51,408 bases of DNA from Solirubrobacterales bacterium (GTDB lineage: Bacteria > Actinomycetota > Thermoleophilia > Solirubrobacterales > 70-9): positions 1 through 51,408 of the forward strand of contig JAUQWL010000019.1 in assembly GCA_030835185.1 (NCBI GenBank), read 5' to 3'. The position numbers and the translations under genes were made by a program. Under the pieces are notes generated by a model that searched no databases, was not told where the DNA came from, and saw only the letters and a list, made by a program, of their open reading frames with translations. How positions within the stretch are numbered: position 1 is the first letter of the stretch; each line of letters opens with the position of its first letter. This document shows, in pieces, positions 8,439-17,156 of the stretch.

Positions 8439-11400
8439 GCCAGAACCTGACTCCGGAGCAGCTCGAGGCCGTCTGCTGCCGGGAGCCGGACATCCTGGTC
8501 GAGGCCGGCGCGGGGACGGGCAAGACGAGTACGACCATGAGGCGCTACGGGCTCCGGCTGGGATACGGCGCGGGCGACGGCACCGGTCAGGAAAGCGAAG
8601 AGGAAGAACCCCTGGACCCGGGGCAGATCCTCGTCTTCACATTCACCGACAAGGCCGCCACAGAGCTCCGCAACCGGGTGCGCGACCTGCGGGCATGCGT
8701 CTCGGACGACGGTGACCCTGCAGACGGATTCTCGATGGGGTCGGCCTGGGTCGGGACCTTCCATTCGATCTGCGCCCGGATTCTCAGATCTCATCCGATA
8801 CTCGCCGACGTCGATCCCAGGTTCAGCGTCCTGAGCGACGTCGAGGCAGAACGGATGAAGGGGGTCGCCTACCGAAGGGCACTGACAGAAACCACGCGGT
8901 CCCGCGAGAGCGCGCGCCTGCTCTCCGGCTTCTACCCGCCGAACCTGCGCGACGGCGTCTCCAACGCCTACGCGCAGCTCAGAGCACGAGGCGAGATGGA
9001 GCCGCGACTGCCCGAAGCCCGCCCTGTCGACCTGGCCGGCGCGATGTCCGAAATCAGATCGCTGGCCCGCGAGGGACTCGGAGCCTCCGGACTCCGGAAG
9101 CCGACTCCCGAGCGGATCAGCGAGTTGAACGCCTACCTCGAATCGGTCACGGTGGAGACCGTGACCGTCGAGGGTTTCGAGGAGGTCAGGTTCAAGTCGG
9201 CTTCGGCATCGATCGCAGCTCTCGTCGCGGCCATCCCGAGATTCGCGACCACGCTCGCTACCGTCCAGTACGGCGAAGCCTCCCGGGACGCGCTCGACCG
9301 GCTCCTGCTGCACTACGGGTCGGAGTACGCCTCGCTGAAGAGATCCATCGGGGCCCTGGACTACGAGGACCTCCAGCTCGAAGCCCTGAAGCTGCTGCGC
9401 GAGCATCCCGGTGTCGCGAACATCTACCGCGAGCGCTTCAAGGAGATCATGGTCGACGAGTTCCAGGACACGAACCGCCTCCAACTGGACCTGATCGCCG
9501 CGCTCAGGGGGCCCGGCACGACCCTGTTCACGGTCGGTGACGAAATGCAGGCCATCTACGGTTTCCGCCACGCGGATGTGCGCCTGTTCAGGTCCAGGCG
9601 GATGGACCCGGACGTGAAGGTTCTCCCGCTGTCCGCCAACTTCCGCTCCCAGTACCCGGTGATCGGCGCGGTCAACCTGATCGGTCACGCTCTCGACGAG
9701 CAGGCGGAACGGATGCGGGACACCGCCGCCCCGGAGGAGCGGCATGAATTCAGACCCCTCAGGGTGGGACTCGAACCGGAGGCCGGTCCGACCGGATGTG
9801 TGGAGATCCTGGTCACCGAGAAGAAGGGCTGGGATCAGCTCGACCTGGGACCCTTGTCGCCTGCTGCCAGTCCCGAAGGAGCCGGGCCCTCCGAGTCCGA
9901 GTCGGCCGTCCAGGCCGAAGCCCTGGCGATCGCGCGACACATCAAGTACGCAATCGACCACGAGGGGTTCCGACCGTCGGACGTGGCGATCCTGTTCCGG
10001 TACCGGGCGCACAAGTGGATGTACGCCGAGGCCCTGAAACAGGTCGGCCTGAAGCCCTACATCGTCGGTGGAACCGGCTTCTGGGAAACGCAAGAGGCAA
10101 TCGACCTCAAGTCGCTGCTGGCTGTCGTCGCCAACCCCCTCGACGACGATTCTCTGCTTTCGCCCCTGCTCGGGGTGACCTGCGGGCTGAGTTCCGATGC
10201 GCTGTGGATACTGAGGCGCGAGAGCGGTTTCGACAACCCCCTCTGGCCCGCCCTGTGCGCGGTCGCCGACGGCGGCGGACCCGGGGACTTCCCCGCCCGC
10301 GACCGGGAACCCGCCGCGGAGTTCGTCGAGACCGTACGGGGTATCCGAAAACGGCTCTCGACGATGCCTCTTGAAACGCTGGTGGAAAGCGTGGCGACAG
10401 AAACCGGATACGACCTCGGCTGCCTCTTGCGGGGCGGCCAGGAAGCGCTGGCGAACGTACGCCGGGTCGCCTCGCTCGCCGGTGAGTTCGAGGAGTCCGA
10501 AGGGCGCGACCTGAGGGCCTTTCTCGAGTGGGTCTCGGTCAGCTCGGAGATCGATTCCGAGGCTGCGGTAGCGACCGAAGAAGAGGACAGCGATGTGGTC
10601 CGGCTGATGACCGTCCACAAGGCCAAAGGCCTCGAATTCGAGATGGTCTGCCTGGTCGAACTCGGCAAGCGCCGCAACGGCTCCGGTGAGAAGGCCTTCT
10701 GGCTGGGGAGCGATCCGGACGACCCCCACGGCGAGATCAGATTCGGCCTTCAGGTTCCGAGACCGCAGCATGGGAGTTTCAACCTCTACGACTGGGATCT
10801 GCTCCGCGAAGCCGCGGAGCGCGAATCGGCCGACGAGGAACTGAGGCTGTTCCACGTCGGCCTTACCCGGGCCCGGCGGCGTCTGGTGCTGAGCGGAGTC
10901 GACAAGCTCGAGCCCGGCAGTGGACCGTCCCTGAACTCGACCACGATCAGCCGCCTGGTCGCGGCGTTCTCGATCGACAAACTGGAACCCGAGTCTGTTG
11001 AAGTCCCCGCGGCCGAACCCGGGGGCGGGCTGCGAGCAGAGATCCCTTCATCCGTGATGCCGATCTGGCGAAACGAAGCCGACGATGAGCGGGCGGCAGT
11101 CCTGCGCGAAAGCTTCGACACGGCCCTGGTCCTGAACGAAGAGATCGCCGGCCGGCCGCCGCTTCATAATCGTCCGACGACCCGGCACCCGGATGTCCCG
11201 CTTTCCTTCACGGCCCTGCATGGTCTCGAGGACTGCTCGGCGAGCTTCTACGCAACCAGAATCCTCAAGCTGGAAGGTCCTGGCATCGAGGGCCTGCCGC
11301 TGGACCCGGAAGAGCAGAGTCCCAGCCTCCGGGGGGAGTCGACCCGCTTCGGAAGCGCGGTCCATGACCTCCTGGAGCGGAGCGCGCAGCGGGGCTGGCT

Positions 11401-11974
11401 GCTTCCCACCGCGGACGAAGTCAGGGCCAGTCTGAAGCAGCACCGTGTCAAGGACGGCGACGGCCTGCTCGCCGTCCGGGCCTCCGGGATGATCGAGGGT
11501 TTCTCGGATTCGCCCCTCGGCGCCAGGGTGAAGGGCGGGAAAGCGGAGGTCGAGGTTCCGCTCCTGATCGACATCCTCGGGGTGACGGTCCGCGGCTTTG
11601 CAGACCTCCTGCTCCGACAGGATGATCCGCCTCTCGTCCTCGACTACAAGTCGAACCGGCTCGACGGTACCTCGCCGGGGGAGAAGATGGAGGAATACGT
11701 CCTGCAGCGGGACCTCTACGGCCTGGCGGTGGCCCGGGCGACCGATGCGCAGGCCGTCGACACCGCCTTCGTCTTCCTGGCGGATGCCTCGTCACCGGTC
11801 ATGAAAACCATGGACGGCCCGGCCCTTGAAAAAGCCCGAACGAAGCTGGAGGGCCTGGTCGAAGTGATCCGCACGGGGAACTTCTTCGATGAACTCGCCG
11901 AAGCCTCCCCGTGCGGGGACTGCTGGGCCTGTGAACTTCTTGCGTCGAGGTTTTCGTCCCCGCCCGTCGCCTGA
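8435..11974 (+). CDS. addA: AddA-type UvrD/Rep-family helicase with C-terminal RecB-like nuclease
   Basis: It has Walker A 'AGAGTGKTS', 'VDEFQDTN' (motif II), 'TVHKAKGLEF', 'LFHVGLTRAR', and a C-terminal nuclease with 'GFADLL' and 'VLDYKSN' followed by 'CGDCWAC'. Confidence 0.85.
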   Translation: MSQNLTPEQLEAVCCREPDILVEAGAGTGKTSTTMRRYGLRLGYGAGDGTGQESEEEEPLDPGQILVFTFTDKAATELRNRVRDLRACVSDDGDPADGFSMGSAWVGTFHSICARILRSHPILADVDPRFSVLSDVEAERMKGVAYRRALTETTRSRESARLLSGFYPPNLRDGVSNAYAQLRARGEMEPRLPEARPVDLAGAMSEIRSLAREGLGASGLRKPTPERISELNAYLESVTVETVTVEGFEEVRFKSASASIAALVAAIPRFATTLATVQYGEASRDALDRLLLHYGSEYASLKRSIGALDYEDLQLEALKLLREHPGVANIYRERFKEIMVDEFQDTNRLQLDLIAALRGPGTTLFTVGDEMQAIYGFRHADVRLFRSRRMDPDVKVLPLSANFRSQYPVIGAVNLIGHALDEQAERMRDTAAPEERHEFRPLRVGLEPEAGPTGCVEILVTEKKGWDQLDLGPLSPAASPEGAGPSESESAVQAEALAIARHIKYAIDHEGFRPSDVAILFRYRAHKWMYAEALKQVGLKPYIVGGTGFWETQEAIDLKSLLAVVANPLDDDSLLSPLLGVTCGLSSDALWILRRESGFDNPLWPALCAVADGGGPGDFPARDREPAAEFVETVRGIRKRLSTMPLETLVESVATETGYDLGCLLRGGQEALANVRRVASLAGEFEESEGRDLRAFLEWVSVSSEIDSEAAVATEEEDSDVVRLMTVHKAKGLEFEMVCLVELGKRRNGSGEKAFWLGSDPDDPHGEIRFGLQVPRPQHGSFNLYDWDLLREAAERESADEELRLFHVGLTRARRRLVLSGVDKLEPGSGPSLNSTTISRLVAAFSIDKLEPESVEVPAAEPGGGLRAEIPSSVMPIWRNEADDERAAVLRESFDTALVLNEEIAGRPPLHNRPTTRHPDVPLSFTALHGLEDCSASFYATRILKLEGPGIEGLPLDPEEQSPSLRGESTRFGSAVHDLLERSAQRGWLLPTADEVRASLKQHRVKDGDGLLAVRASGMIEGFSDSPLGARVKGGKAEVEVPLLIDILGVTVRGFADLLLRQDDPPLVLDYKSNRLDGTSPGEKMEEYVLQRDLYGLAVARATDAQAVDTAFVFLADASSPVMKTMDGPALEKARTKLEGLVEVIRTGNFFDELAEASPCGDCWACELLASRFSSPPVA

Positions 11975-12004
11975 ACCGGACGGACATCAGGCGGGGCGTG
12001 CGTC

Positions 12005-12331
12005 TCAGAAGGGGGGTTCCTCCGGTGGAGGCGGTGGTTCGTCCGTGGGCGGTGGTTCGCTTTCGGTCGACTGCGATCCCTGGTCCCCGGGATCGAGCGA
12101 AGCGGCGAGGTCTTCGAGGCGGAGTTCCTTGAGACCCTCGTCGACGGCGGCGAGTTCGGTGGCGCAGTACTCGATCAGGTCCTTGGCCTCCGCGCAGAGG
12201 TCGAGGGTTTCCCGAAGCTGGGCGTCGCCCGAGTCGAGACGGGCGATGATTTCGTCGAGGCGGGCGGTGGCTGTCTCATAGTCGGCAGTGGCGTCGCCGG
12301 CCTCGTCGGCGGGATCCTGCTCTTCACTCAT
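12005..12331 (-). CDS. xseB: Exodeoxyribonuclease VII small subunit with a Pro/Glu-rich tail
   Basis: 'ATARLDEIIARLDSGDAQLRETLDLCAEAKDLIEYC' matches the XseB helical hairpin. The ATG at 12331 overlaps the xseA stop by 8 nt. Confidence 0.85.
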   Translation of the reverse strand: MSEEQDPADEAGDATADYETATARLDEIIARLDSGDAQLRETLDLCAEAKDLIEYCATELAAVDEGLKELRLEDLAASLDPGDQGSQSTESEPPPTDEPPPPPEEPPF

Positions 12332-13727
12332 CGGGATCGACTCCTTCCAGTCTGGTCTGCCCGAACTCTGCCGGGTCGCGCGGACGGCTGCGCCGCCTGC
12401 GCCTGCGGGCCGCTGCCACCTCGGCCTCGACCCGTCCGTCAGCAAAGATCACCCCGAGACGGCCGGCCACGCGGGCCTGTCGGGTGGTCAGGACCGGCTC
12501 CCCCGATTCGTCCTCGACCCGGGCGAAGCCGCGCTCGAGGATGTGCTGCGGATCGTGGGCACGCAGGGTTACGGAATTGCTGCGACACAGAGCCTCGCCA
12601 CGGTCGACCGAGGACCGGGCCGCCACCGCGGTCGAAACGGCCCGGACCGCCAGCCGTGAGGTGGCCGACTCTCCTCCCCGGACGGCTCGCGTCACGGCCG
12701 GCGACAGACTCTTCACGAGCAGAACCGAGACGCGATCGCGCCGCGAGTCGATCCCGCGGCCGGACGACGCACGGATCTCCCGCGCCTTCTGGTCGAGAAC
12801 CGCCCGCTGGGCGCGTACGGCCCTTGCTGGTGCCGCCGCGCGACTGGCAAGAGGCGCTGCCCGGGAGCCGATTGCGGTCGCCGGGACACGGGCGATCCGG
12901 GAAGTCAGCCCGGCGAGATCGGTCCGGGCCCGATTGAGGTCGAATCCGACCACCTCTTCGGCAGCATGGGTCGGGGTCGAGCATCTGACCGCGGCCACGT
13001 CGTCGATCAGGGTCACGTCCCGTTCATGGCCGACCGCTGAATACACGGGCACGGCCAGCATCGCCACGGTTCGGCAGAGGTCTTCGTCGCAGAATGCCCA
13101 GAGGTCGGTCAGGCTGCCGCCACCCCGGCTGACCACGATCGCCTCGACTTCACCGACCGCCGCCAGATCGCTGACGGCCCTGGTGATCGCCGGTGCCGCC
13201 CTGCGGTCCTGAACCGGAGCGAAGGCCCAGACGATCTCACCAGACCAGCCGCGTCGCTGGAGCCCGGCGAGCAGGTCGTCCCTGGCGGCCCCGCCTTCCG
13301 CCGTGATCACCCCGATCCTGCGAGGCAGGGCCGGTCGCTTCAGACGCTTCTGCAGCTCCAGCAGCCCTTCGGCCTCGAACTGCTTCCGCAGGGCGGCGAG
13401 GCGGGCCAGCAGGTCGCCCTCACCGGCCGGCCGGAGTTCAGTGACCCGGAAGTTGAAACCGGGCGAAGCGTTCTTGCCGCCCGGGTAGTAATCCGGACCG
13501 CCCAGTACCACCACTGCGGCGCCGTCCCGCAGGCACTCGTCCGGCAGGTCCAGGGCGTCCAGTTCGTTGTTCCAGATCGCACAGGGCACCCCTCCGCGTT
13601 CGTCACGCATCTGGAAGTAGGTCTGGACGCGGGTCCGCCGGACATCTGCCAGCTCACCGGTCACCTCGACTCTGTCCATCGCCTGGAAATCGCGCTTCAG
13701 CCGATTCGCGTACTCGCCGACCGGCAT
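12324..13727 (-). CDS. xseA: Exodeoxyribonuclease VII large subunit
   Basis: An N-terminal OB-fold region ('VEVTGELADV...YFQMRDE') is followed by a catalytic region with 'VSRGGGSLTDLWAFCDE'. The ATG at 13727 is preferred because the longer form (13829) would overlap the HxlR gene. Confidence 0.85.
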   Translation of the reverse strand: MPVGEYANRLKRDFQAMDRVEVTGELADVRRTRVQTYFQMRDERGGVPCAIWNNELDALDLPDECLRDGAAVVVLGGPDYYPGGKNASPGFNFRVTELRPAGEGDLLARLAALRKQFEAEGLLELQKRLKRPALPRRIGVITAEGGAARDDLLAGLQRRGWSGEIVWAFAPVQDRRAAPAITRAVSDLAAVGEVEAIVVSRGGGSLTDLWAFCDEDLCRTVAMLAVPVYSAVGHERDVTLIDDVAAVRCSTPTHAAEEVVGFDLNRARTDLAGLTSRIARVPATAIGSRAAPLASRAAAPARAVRAQRAVLDQKAREIRASSGRGIDSRRDRVSVLLVKSLSPAVTRAVRGGESATSRLAVRAVSTAVAARSSVDRGEALCRSNSVTLRAHDPQHILERGFARVEDESGEPVLTTRQARVAGRLGVIFADGRVEAEVAAARRRRRRSRPRDPAEFGQTRLEGVDPDE

Positions 13728-13792
13728 GGCAGCACGCTGTGCCGAGCCGGGGGTTCTCCCGGATTCAGCCGGAGCGGACGAGCTTTCGTAGT

Positions 13793-14167
13793 TCAGGGAA
13801 GGGACTCCCGATGCCACTCGCAGGCCCATTCCCGCAACATCTGAATGGCGGGTTTCAACGCGCGCCCCTTCTCGCTCAGCTCGTAGGTGACCTTGACGGG
13901 CAGACCGTCCTCGACGGTACGGGTGGTCAATCCGGCTGTCTCGAGTTCGCGGAGGCGGCGTGAGAGCAGACGATCGGACAGGCCGGGCACCGCACGCTTG
14001 AGGTCGGCGAAGCGCATCGGTCCCTCCCCGAGCGCCCAGATGATCGCTCCGCTCCAGCGCTTTCCGATCAGTTCGATCGCCACGTGGAAGTGGGGGCAGA
14101 CTTCGGCCGGGGACGACCGGGTCGCATGCGCCGCAACGGTGCCGGTTTCGAGAATGACTCCGGACAA
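13793..14167 (-). CDS. HxlR-family winged-helix transcriptional regulator
   Basis: It carries 'CPHFHVAIELIGKRWSGAIIWAL...MRFADLKRAVPGLSDRLLSRRLRELE'. The TTG start at 14167 is preceded by an AGGAG SD. Confidence 0.85.
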   Translation of the reverse strand: MSGVILETGTVAAHATRSSPAEVCPHFHVAIELIGKRWSGAIIWALGEGPMRFADLKRAVPGLSDRLLSRRLRELETAGLTTRTVEDGLPVKVTYELSEKGRALKPAIQMLREWACEWHRESLP

Positions 14168-14240
14168 GGTCTCCTGAGCTTACAAAACGACTCCGGCCGG
14201 CTTCGCGGTTTTCGATCGGCGAAGGACGGATTCCCGTCCG

Positions 14241-15383
14241 CTACCTGGCGCAGGGACCCGTGTCGACCTCACCCGACGCCCGGCCGAGGACCCGCCGGAC
14301 CACGTCGTTCGGTATCGCCAGGCCGCCGGGCGGGCCTTCGGTGGTCGCGGCGAAGACGGTCCCGAGCACCCGTCCCCGGCGATCGACCATCGGACCGCCG
14401 GAATTGCCGTGGCGCACCTGACCTCTGAGCGTCAGCATCTCCCGCTCGAAGGGCCCGGAACCGTAGGCGTCTTCCCCGAAGACGTCCCGGGTGATCCCGG
14501 CTCGTGCGGGGGAGATCGTAAGCGGCCCGTCGTTCGGATAGCCGATAACCGCGGCTGAGGTCCCTTCCCCGGCGCTCTCGAGCATCGACAGGGGCGGCAG
14601 GTCCAGCGGGGCCGCGAGCACCGTGATGTCGTTCCGCGGGCTGTAGGCGATCGGGGTTGCGTCAACCACCTGGCCGTCGTTGGCTTCGATCCGGGTGTCC
14701 GACTGACCGGCCACCACGTGTGCGTTGGTGACGACCGTGTTGGGGGAGATCACCCACCCGGAACCCATGATGCCGACGCCGCAGGCGGTGCCGGTGACCT
14801 TGACCACGGAGCTGCCCGCCCTGCGCACGGCCTGCGAAGCGCCGGCCGTGCCTTCGGGGGCGGCGATCGCACCGGGCGAGGTCGCGAAACTCGGCAGCGG
14901 GCCGATTCTGTAGAGCGCCTGGATCAGCGGTCCGGAAGGCGGCATCACCTCGTTGATCCCACCGAGCAGGGTCGATCGCTGGACATCGCGCCGGAGACTC
15001 TCGGCCCCGGGCATGTAGAGCACGGCCGCGCCCAGGATCCAGATGATGCCGAGGGCCAGGGCCGACATCAGCAGGGCGCCTCCGATTCCGTCGACGACCT
15101 CTCCGAAGGGCCCCCGAATCGCGACACGGCGCAGCCCGGTCCCGATGGAGGCCGACATCGCCAGGGCGAATGAGCCGACCAGCACCGCTCCGAGCAGGGC
15201 GAACATCGGCGCGTACGGCGAACTCGAACCGCCTTCGAGGATGACCGGCGCCAGTCGAGAGCCCAGGGCGGCGCCGAGAACAAGACCTGCAAGGCCCAGC
15301 AATCCGACGATCAGACCCTGCCGGAAGCCCCAGAGGGCCAACAGGAAGGTGAAGCCGGCGATAACCCAGTCGATCGTAGTCAC
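14241..15383 (-). CDS. marP: MarP-type membrane-anchored serine protease (CvpA-like TM domain plus trypsin-like domain)
   Basis: The N-terminal half has four hydrophobic segments. The C-terminal chymotrypsin-fold region has His in 'VVTNAHVVAG' and Ser in 'HGNSGGPMVD', the same architecture as M. tuberculosis Rv3671c. Confidence 0.8.
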   Translation of the reverse strand: MTTIDWVIAGFTFLLALWGFRQGLIVGLLGLAGLVLGAALGSRLAPVILEGGSSSPYAPMFALLGAVLVGSFALAMSASIGTGLRRVAIRGPFGEVVDGIGGALLMSALALGIIWILGAAVLYMPGAESLRRDVQRSTLLGGINEVMPPSGPLIQALYRIGPLPSFATSPGAIAAPEGTAGASQAVRRAGSSVVKVTGTACGVGIMGSGWVISPNTVVTNAHVVAGQSDTRIEANDGQVVDATPIAYSPRNDITVLAAPLDLPPLSMLESAGEGTSAAVIGYPNDGPLTISPARAGITRDVFGEDAYGSGPFEREMLTLRGQVRHGNSGGPMVDRRGRVLGTVFAATTEGPPGGLAIPNDVVRRVLGRASGEVDTGPCAR

Positions 15384-15428
15384 CAGACCAATCTAGTCCC
15401 CGCTCGCACCCGGTAGATTCCACGTGTT

Positions 15429-17156
15429 ATGAGGTCCGCCCCCACCCGGCTGGAGCGCCGGCAGCGACTGAAGACGCGCGCCTTGCCCCTGCTCGGCATC
15501 GCGGTGGTTTCCTTCATCGCCGGAGCGATCAACGGCTGCCCGGGAAACCCCCACCGGGATGCCGCCGAACGCTACCTCGAAGCCTGGCAGGAGAAGGACT
15601 ACGCGTCAATGCACTCCGAGCTCAGCACGGCTTCGCAGGAGGCGGTGTCGCTGGAACGGTTCACGGAGAGATATGAACAGGCGGAGGCGGTCGCAACACT
15701 CCAGGGCATCGAGCCCGGCGAAGCCGGCGGAGACGAAACCGAAGTGGAGATCCCCGTCGCTTCGTCCACCCTCGCCTTCGGCACCGTGAACCAGCAGATG
15801 AAGTTCACCTTCGGCGAAGACGGGATCGCCTGGCAGAGCGGCCTGCTCTTCCCGGGCCTCGAAGAAGGCGAGGAGCTCGACCGCAAGACCTCTCTCCCGC
15901 GCCGGGCGTCGATCCTGGCCAGGGACGGCCAGGTGATGGTCGAGGGTCCTTCGCTCGCTCGCAGCTATCCGCTCGGCGACTCGATGATCGACGTCACCGG
16001 AACGGTCGGTGCGAGCGACGAAGGGCTCGATACGACCCAGATTGCCGCCGGCTTCGGCGAAGGTGAGCCGATCGGCCTCAGCGGGATCGAACTGGCTTAC
16101 AACTCACGCCTGGCCGGAAAACCGGGTGGCCGACTGAGTGCCAGACCGATCGGAGGCACCGGCGAAAGCCGAGTGCTCGGTGAGGGCGAACCGCGGGCGG
16201 CAAGACCGCTGAAGACGACGATCGACGTGACCCTCCAGACGACCTCGGTTGCCGCCCTCGGAGGGCAGTACGGCGGCGTGGCCGTCCTCGATGCCCAGAA
16301 GGGCAGCATCAGAGCATTGGCCGGCCAGGCATTTTCGGTGCTTCAGCCCCCGGGATCGACCATGAAGATTGTGACCGCGACTGCCGCGCTCGAGACCGGT
16401 AAGGCAACGATGGACAGCCAGTACGAATACGCCACGTCAGGCGTCGCCGACGGCCGCGAGATCGAGAACGCGCACGGCGAAGTGTGTGGCGGCAGTTTCG
16501 TCCAGAGCTTTGCGAACTCCTGCAACTCGGTCTTTGCGCCGATCGGGATGGAGATCGGCGAAGAGCAGCTGACCAAGACCGCCGAAGCGTTCGGCTTCAA
16601 CAAGCTGCCCGCCATCTACGACAAGGCTGGAACCGAGGCGATCGACCCGCCGGTCCCGACCATTCCACAGCCCGGCCAGTACAACAACGAACTCGGGGTC
16701 AGCGCGATCGGCCAGGGCAAGGTCCAGGCTACCCCGCTACTGATGGCAAGCACCGCTCAGGCTATCGGCAACGAAGGAGTGAGCCTCTCGACACCGATCG
16801 CGGCTGAAGCCGATCTGCAGCCGGACGTGGAGCCGGTACGGGTCACTGACAGGAAGACCGCCGGCGAGGTGGCCGAGGCGATGGTCGCCGTGGTCACCTC
16901 GGGCACCGGAACAGCCGGAGCTATTCCCGAGGCCCAGGTGGCAGGCAAGACGGGAACGGCCGAGGTAGGACCGCGAGGTGGCGGCGCCGTCGACGAGGAT
17001 GGCAACCCGGAACTTGTCGAAGACGCCTGGTTCGCCGCATTCGCCCCGTCGGACAAGCCGAAACTTGCGATCGGCGTGATGGTGATCGACGTTGTCGGAG
17101 GTGGCGGGACCGTGGCGGCGCCGATAGCCAGCCAGATCCTGTCGGCCGGCCTCTAG
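15429..17156 (+). CDS. Class-B penicillin-binding protein (NTF2-like MecA_N domain plus transpeptidase)
   Basis: It has an N-terminal TM anchor, SxxK 'GSTMKIV', SxN 'SCNS' and KTG 'GKTGTAE'. Confidence 0.85.
   Translation: MRSAPTRLERRQRLKTRALPLLGIAVVSFIAGAINGCPGNPHRDAAERYLEAWQEKDYASMHSELSTASQEAVSLERFTERYEQAEAVATLQGIEPGEAGGDETEVEIPVASSTLAFGTVNQQMKFTFGEDGIAWQSGLLFPGLEEGEELDRKTSLPRRASILARDGQVMVEGPSLARSYPLGDSMIDVTGTVGASDEGLDTTQIAAGFGEGEPIGLSGIELAYNSRLAGKPGGRLSARPIGGTGESRVLGEGEPRAARPLKTTIDVTLQTTSVAALGGQYGGVAVLDAQKGSIRALAGQAFSVLQPPGSTMKIVTATAALETGKATMDSQYEYATSGVADGREIENAHGEVCGGSFVQSFANSCNSVFAPIGMEIGEEQLTKTAEAFGFNKLPAIYDKAGTEAIDPPVPTIPQPGQYNNELGVSAIGQGKVQATPLLMASTAQAIGNEGVSLSTPIAAEADLQPDVEPVRVTDRKTAGEVAEAMVAVVTSGTGTAGAIPEAQVAGKTGTAEVGPRGGGAVDEDGNPELVEDAWFAAFAPSDKPKLAIGVMVIDVVGGGGTVAAPIASQILSAGL

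Noticed and set aside
8252-10855. An 867-aa ORF on the minus strand spanning most of addA.
   Set aside because: It is antisense to a gene with clear helicase and nuclease motifs. Its translation is Arg/Gly/Pro/Val-rich low-complexity sequence with no motifs. Long stop-free antisense frames are an expected artefact of very high GC content.
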